Part shown: positions 37,228 through 46,504 of the stretch, piece by piece
How positions within the stretch are numbered: the first letter of the stretch is position 1
How the letters are laid out: the number at the start of each line of letters is the position of its first letter
Source of the DNA: Caldithrix sp.
GTDB lineage: Bacteria > Spirochaetota > Leptospiria > Turneriellales > Turneriellaceae
Direction of reading: 5' to 3'
NCBI GenBank assembly: GCA_020722745.1
Contig: DYKF01000001.1
Span: forward strand, 52,286 to 116,285
DNA length: 64,000 nt
Notes under the pieces: model-generated
The model's input: only the letters and a program-made list of their open reading frames with translations
The model's database searches: none
What the model was told of the DNA's origin: nothing
Program-made: the position numbers and the translations under genes

Positions 37228-38042
37228 AGATTGCCATCGGAGAGAATTGCCTTAAGTTCCATCTGGAGATCGGCTGAAGCCTGAACGGACTGTTCAAAAC
37301 CAGGCAAAAACTGTTCGGGATCGAGAACCACATTGTGAGCGCGCACCTCAAAATGAAGATGCGGTCCTGTGCTGCGCCCGGTATTCCCTGATAAAGCAAT
37401 GATCTGGCCTTTGCGAATGACATCGCCCTTTTTGACGAGAGGCGCCGACAAGTGACCATAATAGGTGGAGTACATTATATCGTGCTTTATTACGACAAGA
37501 TTTCCATAAGCACCATAATATTCGGACATTTGCACAACCCCGTCCTGTGCAGCCACGACGATGGTGCCAATGGGTGCCGCAATGTCAATTCCGTCGTGGT
37601 GGCGGCCCCATCGTTTTCCCAAACGAGATGTAATGGCGCTACCCTGAATGGGCCAGAGAAAATTGCCCTTTGGTTGCGTGATAGATTCGCGTCTTATCCC
37701 TGCAATTTCAAGCTCCTGTATATAGCTTTTTTTATAGGGGACAAAGATCCATCCGCCCTGCGCCATTCTCTCCTGGTTGGCTGAAAAACCATTCACGGAC
37801 TGAATTTCGGATACTATGCTGCGATTATTTTGCGCAATAGAATGAAGCGTGGTGCCAGCTGGAAATGTCTTCCAGATGCCCATTTTCCCTCGATAGGTTT
37901 GCAGAACCATGTTATCTACGTAGAACGTCTCTTTGCGGGAAACGTTGCGGGCAATTTCAGAGTACTTTTGCCAGGTAGAAGCTTCCTGAGCAAACAGAAC
38001 AGAGACAAATAATACCGGGAAAAGGAACAGTTTTTGAAGCAT
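37224..38042 (-). CDS. M23 family metallopeptidase (LysM-like N-domain)
   Basis: 272 aa. Signal peptide. M23 motifs HDGIDIAAPIGT and GNTGRSTGPHLHFEV. Confidence 0.9.
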   Translation of the reverse strand: MLQKLFLFPVLFVSVLFAQEASTWQKYSEIARNVSRKETFYVDNMVLQTYRGKMGIWKTFPAGTTLHSIAQNNRSIVSEIQSVNGFSANQERMAQGGWIFVPYKKSYIQELEIAGIRRESITQPKGNFLWPIQGSAITSRLGKRWGRHHDGIDIAAPIGTIVVAAQDGVVQMSEYYGAYGNLVVIKHDIMYSTYYGHLSAPLVKKGDVIRKGQIIALSGNTGRSTGPHLHFEVRAHNVVLDPEQFLPGFEQSVQASADLQMELKAILSDGNL

Positions 38043-38072
38043 TGAGCTACTGTTTTCGTCCCTGTCATGTTG

Positions 38073-39404
38073 TCAATTTTGTTTTCTGACTGATTCGGCC
38101 TTTTTTCGGAGCTCTTCCATGCTCATTTTCTTTCCTTTTTTAACAAGACCTTCGGACTGGAAATATTCGAAAACGAGCTGGTTGTAGAAAAGACCGAGCA
38201 TTTCATTAAGCAGGTCGTTATAGTCACGGTTTTCCTGCTTTTTGCCGCTCACGGCTTCATCGTAAAATACCATGATAAATGCGGCCGTATTGTCCCCAAA
38301 TTCTTTCTTCATGAAATTCTCAAACTGGTTCCTGAAAGAAACTCCATCAGACATTTCTGCCGTCTTGCGAACAAGCGTGTCAATTAAAAGCTGTCTCTGC
38401 TCAGTTTTCGCTATCGCAGTTTTGATTTCTTTCTTTTCGTTTTCTGGCAGAGAGGCTACATACCCTTCGCCAGTGAACCGAATCAATCTGTCCTGCAGAT
38501 AACTGTCCGGAAAGAAAAACTCTGACTGTTTTTCAAGAGTATCTAAAGCTTCGCTGACTTCAATATCTATATTCAATCTGTTAAATTCTTTCTCCAGCCT
38601 GCTTCTAATCCTGTCGCGGAATCCCTGGATATCTTTGTCTTCCGGAAAGTGTTCTTTCACAAAAAGATCGGTAAGATCCGGATAGACGGCTTTTTCTATT
38701 TTCAATATGGTAACGAGCAGCTCATATTTTACCTTGCGCTCATCCTGAATGATTTCTTTTTCAAATCGGAATTCGTCCTCTTTTTTAGCGGGTTTGCGTA
38801 GAATCTGGAGTTCAAACTCCGTGTCCATAAAGCCGTCTCCAAGAACAAACGCTCGCTCCGGAACAGGATTCCCGTAGGGAGTTTCGTCCAGCCAGATTTC
38901 ATACGAGACAGTCAGTCGGTCACCTTTTAACGGTGCTGATTCCGTTTCTTGAAATGTTGCAAATCGATGCAGATCTGAACGCTCTTCTTCTGCGAGTTCC
39001 TCACGGCTGATTTCCATCGTGTTTTCCCGAATGGAAATGTCTTTCAGCTTTCCGATTTTAGCGTAGGGAGACAAATCAAAGAGTACTTTATACGAGAAAG
39101 TTTCTGGCTCAATTTTTACTTCTTCTACGCCTGCGAGAGTATACAAACCACCGCCCTGTTTTTTTTCAATTTCTGGATAAGCGATCGCAATCGATGCTCG
39201 CAGAGCTTCTTCCCTGATTTCGGAAGCATATTTTTGTTTGATAATGTAATCGGGAGCCTTTCCTTTACGGAAACCATCCAGTTTCACTTTGGGACGAACA
39301 GTGTCGAGAGCACGTTTTTCTACGGCTGGTCTTTCTTCTTGTTTGAGGTCGACTTTAACGCGAATGCGCGTATTATCTACGGAAGATATTTCAATAGCTG
39401 GCAT
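38073..39404 (-). CDS. tig: Trigger factor
   Basis: ORF track extends to 39437, abutting the lolD stop. ATG at 39404 (MPAIEISSVDNTRIRVKV...) fits the canonical N-terminus. FRKGKAP ribosome-binding motif. About 443 aa. Confidence 0.9.
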   Translation of the reverse strand: MPAIEISSVDNTRIRVKVDLKQEERPAVEKRALDTVRPKVKLDGFRKGKAPDYIIKQKYASEIREEALRASIAIAYPEIEKKQGGGLYTLAGVEEVKIEPETFSYKVLFDLSPYAKIGKLKDISIRENTMEISREELAEEERSDLHRFATFQETESAPLKGDRLTVSYEIWLDETPYGNPVPERAFVLGDGFMDTEFELQILRKPAKKEDEFRFEKEIIQDERKVKYELLVTILKIEKAVYPDLTDLFVKEHFPEDKDIQGFRDRIRSRLEKEFNRLNIDIEVSEALDTLEKQSEFFFPDSYLQDRLIRFTGEGYVASLPENEKKEIKTAIAKTEQRQLLIDTLVRKTAEMSDGVSFRNQFENFMKKEFGDNTAAFIMVFYDEAVSGKKQENRDYNDLLNEMLGLFYNQLVFEYFQSEGLVKKGKKMSMEELRKKAESVRKQN

Positions 39405-39437
39405 AATGCATTCCCGAAAACCATGACACAGCGTCAA

Positions 39438-40124
39438 TCAGGCTTTAGCATCGTCGTATATAACTCCATCTTCCATAAATAGTTTTTTACCTGCCGCCCG
39501 GGCAAGCTCTTCTTCATGCGTAACAACGAGAATGGTCAGTTTAAATTTTTCCTGAAGATCCGATATCAATTCAATAAATTTATGTCTGTTCTCTGCATCC
39601 AGATTTCCCGTTGGTTCATCTGCCAAAACTAGGGCTGGCCTTCCTGCGAGCGCACGGGCAACGGCAGCCCTCTGGGATTCTCCGCCCGATATCTGCGAGG
39701 GCAAATGATCTGCCCTGTGCAGAATACCGGTTTGCTCCAGAATATCGCGAGCTTGAGTCCGCGCAATTTTAGCGGGTATTCCCCGAATCCGCAGAGACAT
39801 CATGACATTCTCCTCAACGGTAAAATCGGGCATGAGATAATGGTGCTGAAAAATAAACCCTGTCATGGTGGAACGGTAATAATGCATCTCTCCACGATTG
39901 CGGTAATCGAGAATATTCTTTCCGTGAACAACAAGGCTCCCCGAATCAAAATCGTCGAGGCCACCAAGAACATTGAGGAGCGTGCTCTTTCCCGTTCCGG
40001 AAGAACCACGAATGGAAACAAAATCCCCTTCGTTAATTTCCAGATTTACGCCGCGCAATACCGGAATTTTTAGATTCCCCTTGCGGTAAGACTTTTCGAG
40101 GTCCTTAACAAGCAGAATACTCAT
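39438..40124 (-). CDS. lolD: ABC transporter ATP-binding protein, LolD/MacB-like
   Basis: 228 aa. Walker A GSSGTGKST, signature SGGESQR, Walker B LVLADEPT. 4-nt overlap with the permease gene. Confidence 0.9.
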   Translation of the reverse strand: MSILLVKDLEKSYRKGNLKIPVLRGVNLEINEGDFVSIRGSSGTGKSTLLNVLGGLDDFDSGSLVVHGKNILDYRNRGEMHYYRSTMTGFIFQHHYLMPDFTVEENVMMSLRIRGIPAKIARTQARDILEQTGILHRADHLPSQISGGESQRAAVARALAGRPALVLADEPTGNLDAENRHKFIELISDLQEKFKLTILVVTHEEELARAAGKKLFMEDGVIYDDAKA

Positions 40125-41461
40125 TGTTCGCCTCCACGAATAATACTGACTGGTTCGTAGCGACTTGCCGCCCAGGCAGGAATCATGGAAGCCAGACCCG
40201 ACAAAAACACGGCAACGATGCCCAGTATACCCAATGTTGGAATATCAATGTGCACGGGAATATGATCAAAATAATACACACCTTTGGGAATAACGCTGAT
40301 GTTGAGCCATACCCCGCCAGACAACTGAGCTATCCAGTTACCGGTCGTGTTAATTCCAGATTCAACGAGGCCGAGTATATCCTCTACATGAAGAGACAAA
40401 TAAATTCCTGTTACAATTCCGAGAATACTGCCCACTGCTCCAAGCAAAAATCCCGTAAAGGTAAAAATTAAAAGAATACTGTGATCAGACATGCCGAGAG
40501 CCTTTGCAATTCCGATATCTTTTTTGTGGCTCCTGACAAGATTCCAGGTTGCTATCACAATTCCCATAATGCCGGCAAGAGTAAACAAAAAGATAATGAT
40601 TGTCATAATCGTTTTTTCCAGCTTCAGGGCGGCAAAAAGATTCTGGTGCTGTTCTTCGAGAGAATGAATATTCCAGGGCCACTGGATATAGAGACGATTG
40701 CGGATATTCGATAATTGATCGGGATTCTGTATTCGGATATCAATCTGCTGTACGGCATCCCCTATGGAAAAAAGTTTTTGTCCCTGCGACAATTCCATCA
40801 GAATAACCTTACTGTCGTACTCGTAATATCCCGTCTTAAAAAAACCAATTACGGGAAAGGATTTCATGCTCGGCGTCATACCGGCCTGGAGAGAGAATTG
40901 TCCTCTTGGTACCACGAGTTCTATGCTTTCACCGAGATAAATTCCCAGATTGGCTGCCATCTCCTGCCCTATATACACACCGGGTCTGCTGTCGGCTTTC
41001 ACGGTCTTTGGCGGCTGCACAATTTCGGGAAAAGAAGCAGGAAACGAACGTTGTCTCGTTTGAGTATCTGCGGGGGGAAACTCAACTGCTCGGATGAATA
41101 CATGATCGATGAGAGAACCATTCTTGAGTATGCCTGGACTCTGAATGGCTCCTTCAGCAGAGACTATTTCCTTCGGGTATCGAACGAGGATCTCTTCCCG
41201 GATAGACTTCCAGTTCCGAATGGGAGATTCTTTTCCACCATCGGTGCGAGAAAGCACTATATGCGGATCAAAATTAAAGATACTTTCTTTCATCTGGGTC
41301 TGAAAGCCTGTTCCAATGGAGAGAACTACGACGAGTAGAGCGGGCCCCAAAAAAACCCCCAACAAAGCCATAAATGCATTCATGCTCAAAAGGTTTCCGT
41401 CGCGACCTCTCAGGTATCGAAAGGCTATAAAAAATTCTAAAAAAGATATTCCTGGTTTCAT
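40121..41461 (-). CDS. lolC: LolC/E family lipoprotein-releasing ABC permease (FtsX-like)
   Basis: MKPGISFLEFFIAFRYLRG N-terminus typical of LolC/E, large periplasmic domain, C-terminal FtsX helices. An alternative GTG start at 41509 (GTGA overlap with the upstream stop) would add 16 aa. Confidence 0.85.
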   Translation of the reverse strand: MKPGISFLEFFIAFRYLRGRDGNLLSMNAFMALLGVFLGPALLVVVLSIGTGFQTQMKESIFNFDPHIVLSRTDGGKESPIRNWKSIREEILVRYPKEIVSAEGAIQSPGILKNGSLIDHVFIRAVEFPPADTQTRQRSFPASFPEIVQPPKTVKADSRPGVYIGQEMAANLGIYLGESIELVVPRGQFSLQAGMTPSMKSFPVIGFFKTGYYEYDSKVILMELSQGQKLFSIGDAVQQIDIRIQNPDQLSNIRNRLYIQWPWNIHSLEEQHQNLFAALKLEKTIMTIIIFLFTLAGIMGIVIATWNLVRSHKKDIGIAKALGMSDHSILLIFTFTGFLLGAVGSILGIVTGIYLSLHVEDILGLVESGINTTGNWIAQLSGGVWLNISVIPKGVYYFDHIPVHIDIPTLGILGIVAVFLSGLASMIPAWAASRYEPVSIIRGGEQ

Positions 41462-41474
41462 TTTATTTTTTTTT

Positions 41475-41502
41475 GTAACCTCTGAAAAAGTATCTGTGCA
41501 GA
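41475..41502 (+). repeat. H-family repeat fragment (H4)
   Basis: GTAACCTCTGAAAAAGT (41475-41491) is 16/17 identical to GTAAGCTCTGAAAAAGT at 13677-13693. The following ATCTGTGCAGATCC resembles CCCTTCTGTGGACTTC of H3. Confidence 0.55.
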
Positions 41503-41505
41503 TCC

Positions 41506-42222
41506 TCACCGAACAGCAGAAAAAGCGAGCGATGAAAGTCTGAAGTCTTCTAACAGGGCATCCGCAATGGACACAATTTTTTGAATGGCAGACAGATCAA
41601 TCCCCTTTTCCTTTTCCAGAATTTTGCACTGCTTGCGAATCATTGCAATGGCGACCGCCGCTGTCTGCATAATCCGCTGCTCGTGGCGTTTCCCCTCTAA
41701 CGGCGGAAGCACAGATACCTGTTCAGCATAATGAAGCAAAAACAGCGAAGGTTTTTCATCCTTAACTGCGAAGCGCTCCAACTCTATGAGAGCCGAACGA
41801 GATTCCGGATTTGCATTGCAAACCCCAGAAGCGGCTTCAATCAGCGGTTGCATTCCACCAACCAGTTTACGCATTTCAAAAGATGCTCTCGGATGAAAAA
41901 ATAGATCAGGATAGGCCTCTATTTTTCTGGCATGTTCTTCCAGAATCTGGTCTATGACTGCATTCGCTTTGCGGACATTCTCTTTTTTTTGGCGATGAGA
42001 GAGAGCAAGTTTTTCGGCACGCAAAAAAAAATCCATTTCCTGAGCCAGAAATTTTAAGGGCTCCATGCCACCGTTCATCATGGTTCGGATACGGCTTTCC
42101 AGATCGGCCAGATTAAAATAGCGCTCCCCGTATTCCCGAGCTGCGCTCCCGTACTTTGACCGCAAACCTTCGCTCACTTCCTCGCGACTAATCTGTTCTT
42201 TTTTTTTCTTTCTTCCAAACAT
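41506..42222 (-). CDS. Hypothetical all-alpha protein
   Basis: Candidate starts: ATG at 42222 (TAATG overlap with the upstream stop), 42231 or 42267. MFGRKKKKEQISREE... with no recognisable motif. Confidence 0.6.
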   Translation of the reverse strand: MFGRKKKKEQISREEVSEGLRSKYGSAAREYGERYFNLADLESRIRTMMNGGMEPLKFLAQEMDFFLRAEKLALSHRQKKENVRKANAVIDQILEEHARKIEAYPDLFFHPRASFEMRKLVGGMQPLIEAASGVCNANPESRSALIELERFAVKDEKPSLFLLHYAEQVSVLPPLEGKRHEQRIMQTAAVAIAMIRKQCKILEKEKGIDLSAIQKIVSIADALLEDFRLSSLAFSAVR

Positions 42223-42992
42223 TATTCCCATCGGCCCTTTTTTTGGCGGGAATAATGTTCCAGCCATTCGAGTTCCTTTTCATCCGGCATATCCTCTTCT
42301 TCTGCTTCGTCTTTATGTTCTGACAGGGAATGCCGCGTCATTGTAATAAAAATCCACAGAGCCACGCTGCTGATCAAAATAGCAATCATCCACGCAAAAG
42401 GAAATGCCAGCGGAGAATTGCCAAAGTAGTAGCGGGCTAGAATACCCGCGTCCGTCTGCATGATCCGTCCCGAAAAAAAATCGTCTAAATCGTAAAGCGA
42501 ATACAGCGTAGTCATTCCACCGGCAATAAATAACAGAACGTGGTTAGCATAGGGATTAAATATCGATGCCCCTATAAAAACAGATCCCCAGCCAATTCCA
42601 ATGATCAGGCGGCTGATATTTTCATGCGCTTCCACACTCCAGGCCCCGGGCAGCAAGGAAAAAAAGATGAGAACTACTCCGGTTAAAAAAGAAACAACGC
42701 GCATAAACCGGTATTTTAACGCGGAATATAGCAGAACAGTACCCCAGATGATGGAGCCAATATACCCTGCCATCGCAACAATAAAGAAGATTCCTCCGGA
42801 AGCATTGACATATCCGCTCTCGTTCCAGGCAACGGCAATTCCCTGGACTTTGCCACCCGTCAGCAAAGCTGCGATGGCATGCGATATTTCGTGAAAATAC
42901 ACGACGAGCAGTTTTGCCGGAAGCATCAGGGGAGAATCCCAAAAAAAGATGAGCAAAACGACGAGAAAAATTAGAACGAGCAGGCGTACCAT
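42222..42992 (-). CDS. M50B-like membrane metallopeptidase family protein
   Basis: 256 aa. About 6 TM helices. HExxH in the first helix region (YFHEISHAIAALLTGG). Confidence 0.7.
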   Translation of the reverse strand: MVRLLVLIFLVVLLIFFWDSPLMLPAKLLVVYFHEISHAIAALLTGGKVQGIAVAWNESGYVNASGGIFFIVAMAGYIGSIIWGTVLLYSALKYRFMRVVSFLTGVVLIFFSLLPGAWSVEAHENISRLIIGIGWGSVFIGASIFNPYANHVLLFIAGGMTTLYSLYDLDDFFSGRIMQTDAGILARYYFGNSPLAFPFAWMIAILISSVALWIFITMTRHSLSEHKDEAEEEDMPDEKELEWLEHYSRQKKGRWE

Positions 42993-42993
42993 G

Positions 42994-43863
42994 TCAATGT
43001 TTTACACCCTGTTTTTCATTCATTTTTCGGGAGGCCAGTTTTAGAAAAGTTTTTTCTTCCTGTGTGAGCGATCGCATTCCTTTTTTTGAAATTTTATCTA
43101 ACAGTGCATCTACCCTGCTTTCCCAGTCACCAAAAAATTCCTGTTCTATTTTCCTCTGCTTCCAGAGTTTCTTCTGGCGATACATTCTCCAGTGGTAGAG
43201 CGGATTCATGCGTTCCATGTTTCCAAATCGCGATTGAATTTTTAACAGGAGGTACAGGTATCCCGTGACAAGACCGCCCAGATGGCCAACGTGAGAAATC
43301 TCCGCTCTCGTTCCGCTGCCCGGCATTCCTTCGGAAAGCGTCATGTAAAAAGAAATAAACCCAATTATCAGAACAAAATACTTTGCCTTGAGTGGAAAAA
43401 TGAACATGAATAAAATCTGGCGGTCCGGATAATGAATGGCATAGGCCAGTAAAATTCCGAAAACGGCTCCCGAAGCGCCTATCGTTGGGAGAGAATTCTG
43501 GCCGAGCAGCAGGGGCAAAACCGCGATAAAGATTCCCGCTCCAATTCCGGAAACCAGATAAAATCGTAAGAATTCTGCGGAGCCCCATTCTCTTTCCAAA
43601 TCCGATCCAAACATCCATAAGGAAAGCATGTTAAAGAGAATATGCATGAATCCGCCATGCAGGAACATGTAGGTAAAAATCTGCCATACCCAGCCGCGTT
43701 CAAAGACGTGGTCGGGCCACAAGGCAAAGAGGGTTTCGAGGGGATAAAACCCGGAAGCCATGGTAAGATGCGATATCAGTTGTATAATAAATACACCCGC
43801 ATTGACAGCTATAAGAGTGCGGACGACGGGACTGATAGAAGGACCAAACGCTATTCTGTTCAT
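42994..43863 (-). CDS. Rhomboid family intramembrane serine protease
   Basis: 289 aa. FLHGGFMHILFNMLSLWMFG, catalytic GASGAVFG, and His in HLGGLVTG. Confidence 0.9.
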   Translation of the reverse strand: MNRIAFGPSISPVVRTLIAVNAGVFIIQLISHLTMASGFYPLETLFALWPDHVFERGWVWQIFTYMFLHGGFMHILFNMLSLWMFGSDLEREWGSAEFLRFYLVSGIGAGIFIAVLPLLLGQNSLPTIGASGAVFGILLAYAIHYPDRQILFMFIFPLKAKYFVLIIGFISFYMTLSEGMPGSGTRAEISHVGHLGGLVTGYLYLLLKIQSRFGNMERMNPLYHWRMYRQKKLWKQRKIEQEFFGDWESRVDALLDKISKKGMRSLTQEEKTFLKLASRKMNEKQGVKH

Positions 43864-45782
43864 GGCAAAAGATTATCCCTGGAAAGTGATTTTTCTACGT
43901 GCAGCATATGCTCAAAACTGCCCCAAAAGGTAAATCCCTTTATTCCACCCGCTTCACTTCCCCTTACCTGCCCCGCAAAATAAGCGGGGCCATACCCCCA
44001 GATTCCCGTGCTCATGGGAAATCCCTGGAGCCACGGTCTTACCACAAACTGTTCATTGGCAATGATGCGGGAACGAACAGCACTGTGTGCCAACAGATTA
44101 TAGGCTCTGGACTCTTTTGGGCCACCGGTTAAATAGCGGGTTCCAAAGTGGGATGAATACAACATGGGAGCGATTACATCGGCGTATCTCGATATCATGG
44201 GAATATCCTGCCCTATTCTTCCGGAGGCCCTGTACAATCCGTGGTACCCGTATACGTCCAGACTGATCGGTTTTTCCGTAGCGCTCCGCATGGCTTCCAG
44301 AAAGTTTTCAAGAGCCTCTGAATAATACATATCTCCCTGTTTATGAGAAAATAATGTCCTGTGTACCGCCCCGTCCGAAGGGAAACGAATATAGTCGAAC
44401 TGAATTTCTGCCACACTGCTTTTGGAAATCTCTCGAATAAGAGGTATGTAATATTCCGTTGCCAGTGCCGGATTAAATGGATCCACCCAGTATTCTTTTT
44501 CGTTGCCGCGCCACGATGCGCCTGTCACTCTATCTCGAATTGCATATCCCGGCTGGCGGAACATGACTGGATCTTTAAAAACGACAATTCTGGCCACTAT
44601 ATAGGCATCATATTTTTCTACTATAGAATCAATTTCTTTCAGAGTAAATTTTTGTCGAACGGCATTCCATTTTTTTAAAGACGGAATCTGGCTGTCATAC
44701 CGGACATAACCGTGTTCATCCTTAAAATCGAGAACCATTCCGTGGAACTTTTTTCTTGAAAGCATGGCATGGACCGACGCCTTATTCTTGCGATAATTCA
44801 ATGCAGAAGAATAAAACAGTTTTTTCCCGTTCGCTGCTGCCATGCGGGTCTGTTTGGATTTGGACACCCGGGGAGCGGAAATTCTAACCGAAACAGATTT
44901 GCCCTCACGCGTTTGCGCCATAATCAGGCTAATATTTTTTTTCTCTGGCTTAAAATCTGCCCAGGTTTGTCTCAGAATAAGATTTCCAGATTCGTCAACT
45001 ACGGCAAGTTCTCTACTGTTTGCGACAGCAAGATGAGCCCCCCAGGATTCAATGGAATTATATGGATGATTCAGTTCTTCTGCATAGCGTCGGATAAATT
45101 TTGCGTCCGAAGTCGCACGACAATACACGCCGGGAGAAAATGAGCTTACCGTGCAAACGCTTCCGTTTTCCAGGCCGGCTATCCCGGATACTTCATCGAA
45201 CAGGCAAAGTTTGTCATCGTGGCGAATGCACGGTAAACCTTCGCTCCAGCTTTTAAACAAGAGCTCATTTTGTTTTACTGCGGCGCGAAAGACGCCATTG
45301 ATCCCCGTGCCCAGATACACATGGTCTTTTGCTCTCGCAACAGAATGCAACGTCTTAGTCCCCGCAAGATCATGATTTTGTACTACCCATCCATTCTTTT
45401 CATCCTTTAACAGAGTATGGCGGTGGATGGCAAACCCGGCATCCTGATCTGCCAGATACCGATAACGGTTTTCACGATACGTACCCGGTTTGGGCAGCCC
45501 CTGTTTTTCCGAAAGTTTTGTTTTTCCATCGACTACATCCCAGACTCCCAAACTGTCCGTATAGATGCGAAAGCTGTCGCGCGCGGGAACTTCGAGACGG
45601 CGCGGAAGATGATAACCAGCTTCCGAAATAGAAATTTCTGCTTTGGCTTTTTTTTGCCAGTCTCTGCCATTGTACCAATAAACCGTCCCTTCATCATCCA
45701 TACCCCAGTATTCGGGAACCTCCCATGCAAAGGAGGCTGTAACGGATAGGATGAAAAACGTTATTAACTTCATGGTTTCCAC
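43860..45782 (-). CDS. Putative glycoside hydrolase, DUF4015/GHL TIM-barrel family, secreted, with ~330-aa N-terminal extra domain (paralog 2)
   Basis: 640 aa. Signal peptide MKLITFFILSVTASFA. C-terminal half parallels 10140..11630 (EIQFDYIRFPSDG, ISLDVYGY, VIAPMLYSSHF, VRPWLQGF). Confidence 0.75.
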   Translation of the reverse strand: METMKLITFFILSVTASFAWEVPEYWGMDDEGTVYWYNGRDWQKKAKAEISISEAGYHLPRRLEVPARDSFRIYTDSLGVWDVVDGKTKLSEKQGLPKPGTYRENRYRYLADQDAGFAIHRHTLLKDEKNGWVVQNHDLAGTKTLHSVARAKDHVYLGTGINGVFRAAVKQNELLFKSWSEGLPCIRHDDKLCLFDEVSGIAGLENGSVCTVSSFSPGVYCRATSDAKFIRRYAEELNHPYNSIESWGAHLAVANSRELAVVDESGNLILRQTWADFKPEKKNISLIMAQTREGKSVSVRISAPRVSKSKQTRMAAANGKKLFYSSALNYRKNKASVHAMLSRKKFHGMVLDFKDEHGYVRYDSQIPSLKKWNAVRQKFTLKEIDSIVEKYDAYIVARIVVFKDPVMFRQPGYAIRDRVTGASWRGNEKEYWVDPFNPALATEYYIPLIREISKSSVAEIQFDYIRFPSDGAVHRTLFSHKQGDMYYSEALENFLEAMRSATEKPISLDVYGYHGLYRASGRIGQDIPMISRYADVIAPMLYSSHFGTRYLTGGPKESRAYNLLAHSAVRSRIIANEQFVVRPWLQGFPMSTGIWGYGPAYFAGQVRGSEAGGIKGFTFWGSFEHMLHVEKSLSRDNLLP

Positions 45783-45890
45783 TTTTTTGAATGGATACGT
45801 TCTGGCAATTTTTTACGAAAGGGGCCGACTCTCTCATTCGATCGGGAAATATCTGCCTTGACACGCACTCTTCCTTCCCAATTGTGCTGC

Positions 45891-46364
45891 ATGCAGACTG
45901 TTCAAAATAACGCCGTCGTCACTATGGCCTATGCCCTTTTTGACGCAGATAAAAACGAAATTGAAGCAAACGAATTTGCTTATTTGCACGGGCATAACAA
46001 TATAATCCCGGGTCTAGAGTCCGCTCTCCATGGTCTGACCGCTGGCGACAAAAAAAATGTCACCGTTGCGCCAGAAAACGGATATGGAGAATTCCAGGAA
46101 GAACTCGTTGAGCGGGTAGATCGCTCTGCCTTTCCAGAAGATCAGGATATTGAAATTGGCATGCAGTTCCAGACAGATACACCAGAAGGGATGAGAATAT
46201 TCACGGTTGTAGAAATAAATGGAGACGAAATCGTTCTCGATGGAAACCACCCCATGGCTGGCCAGACGCTTATCTTCGACGTTGAAATCAAAGATATTCG
46301 CAAAGCAACCGAAGAAGAAATGGCACACGGACACGTTCACGGTGCACACGGACACCATCATTAA
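45891..46364 (+). CDS. slyD: FKBP-type peptidyl-prolyl isomerase SlyD-like with His-rich tail
   Basis: ORF track starts at TTG 45858. ATG at 45891 (MQTVQNNAVVTMAYALFD...) fits SlyD. IF-domain insertion. C-terminal HGHVHGAHGHHH metal-binding tail. Confidence 0.85.
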   Translation: MQTVQNNAVVTMAYALFDADKNEIEANEFAYLHGHNNIIPGLESALHGLTAGDKKNVTVAPENGYGEFQEELVERVDRSAFPEDQDIEIGMQFQTDTPEGMRIFTVVEINGDEIVLDGNHPMAGQTLIFDVEIKDIRKATEEEMAHGHVHGAHGHHH

Positions 46365-46367
46365 CAG

Positions 46368-46466
46368 GGAACCTCTAAAAATTAATTTTTTACGCTTCCC
46401 TTACGCAGCATATAGGGAAATGAATTTAAAATTTTTGCAAAATTTTGATAAATTAGAGCCCCCCCC
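46368..46466 (+). repeat. E-family ~96-nt palindromic intergenic element, copy E2
   Basis: Begins 3 nt after the slyD TAA: GGAACCTCTAAAAATTAATTTTTT...CATATAGGGAAA...GCAAAATTTTGATAAATTAGAGCCCCCCCC. Collinear with E1. Confidence 0.8.
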
Positions 46467-46482
46467 AGCAGGTTGTCAGTGG

Positions 46483-46503
46483 GCCGGGTTTCCCCGGCTT
46501 TTT
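46483..46503 (+). terminator. Rho-independent terminator (plus strand)
   Basis: GCCGGG-tttc-CCCGGC followed by TTTTT, 16 nt after E2 and 1 nt before the guaB stop codon. Confidence 0.75.
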
Positions 46504-46504
46504 G

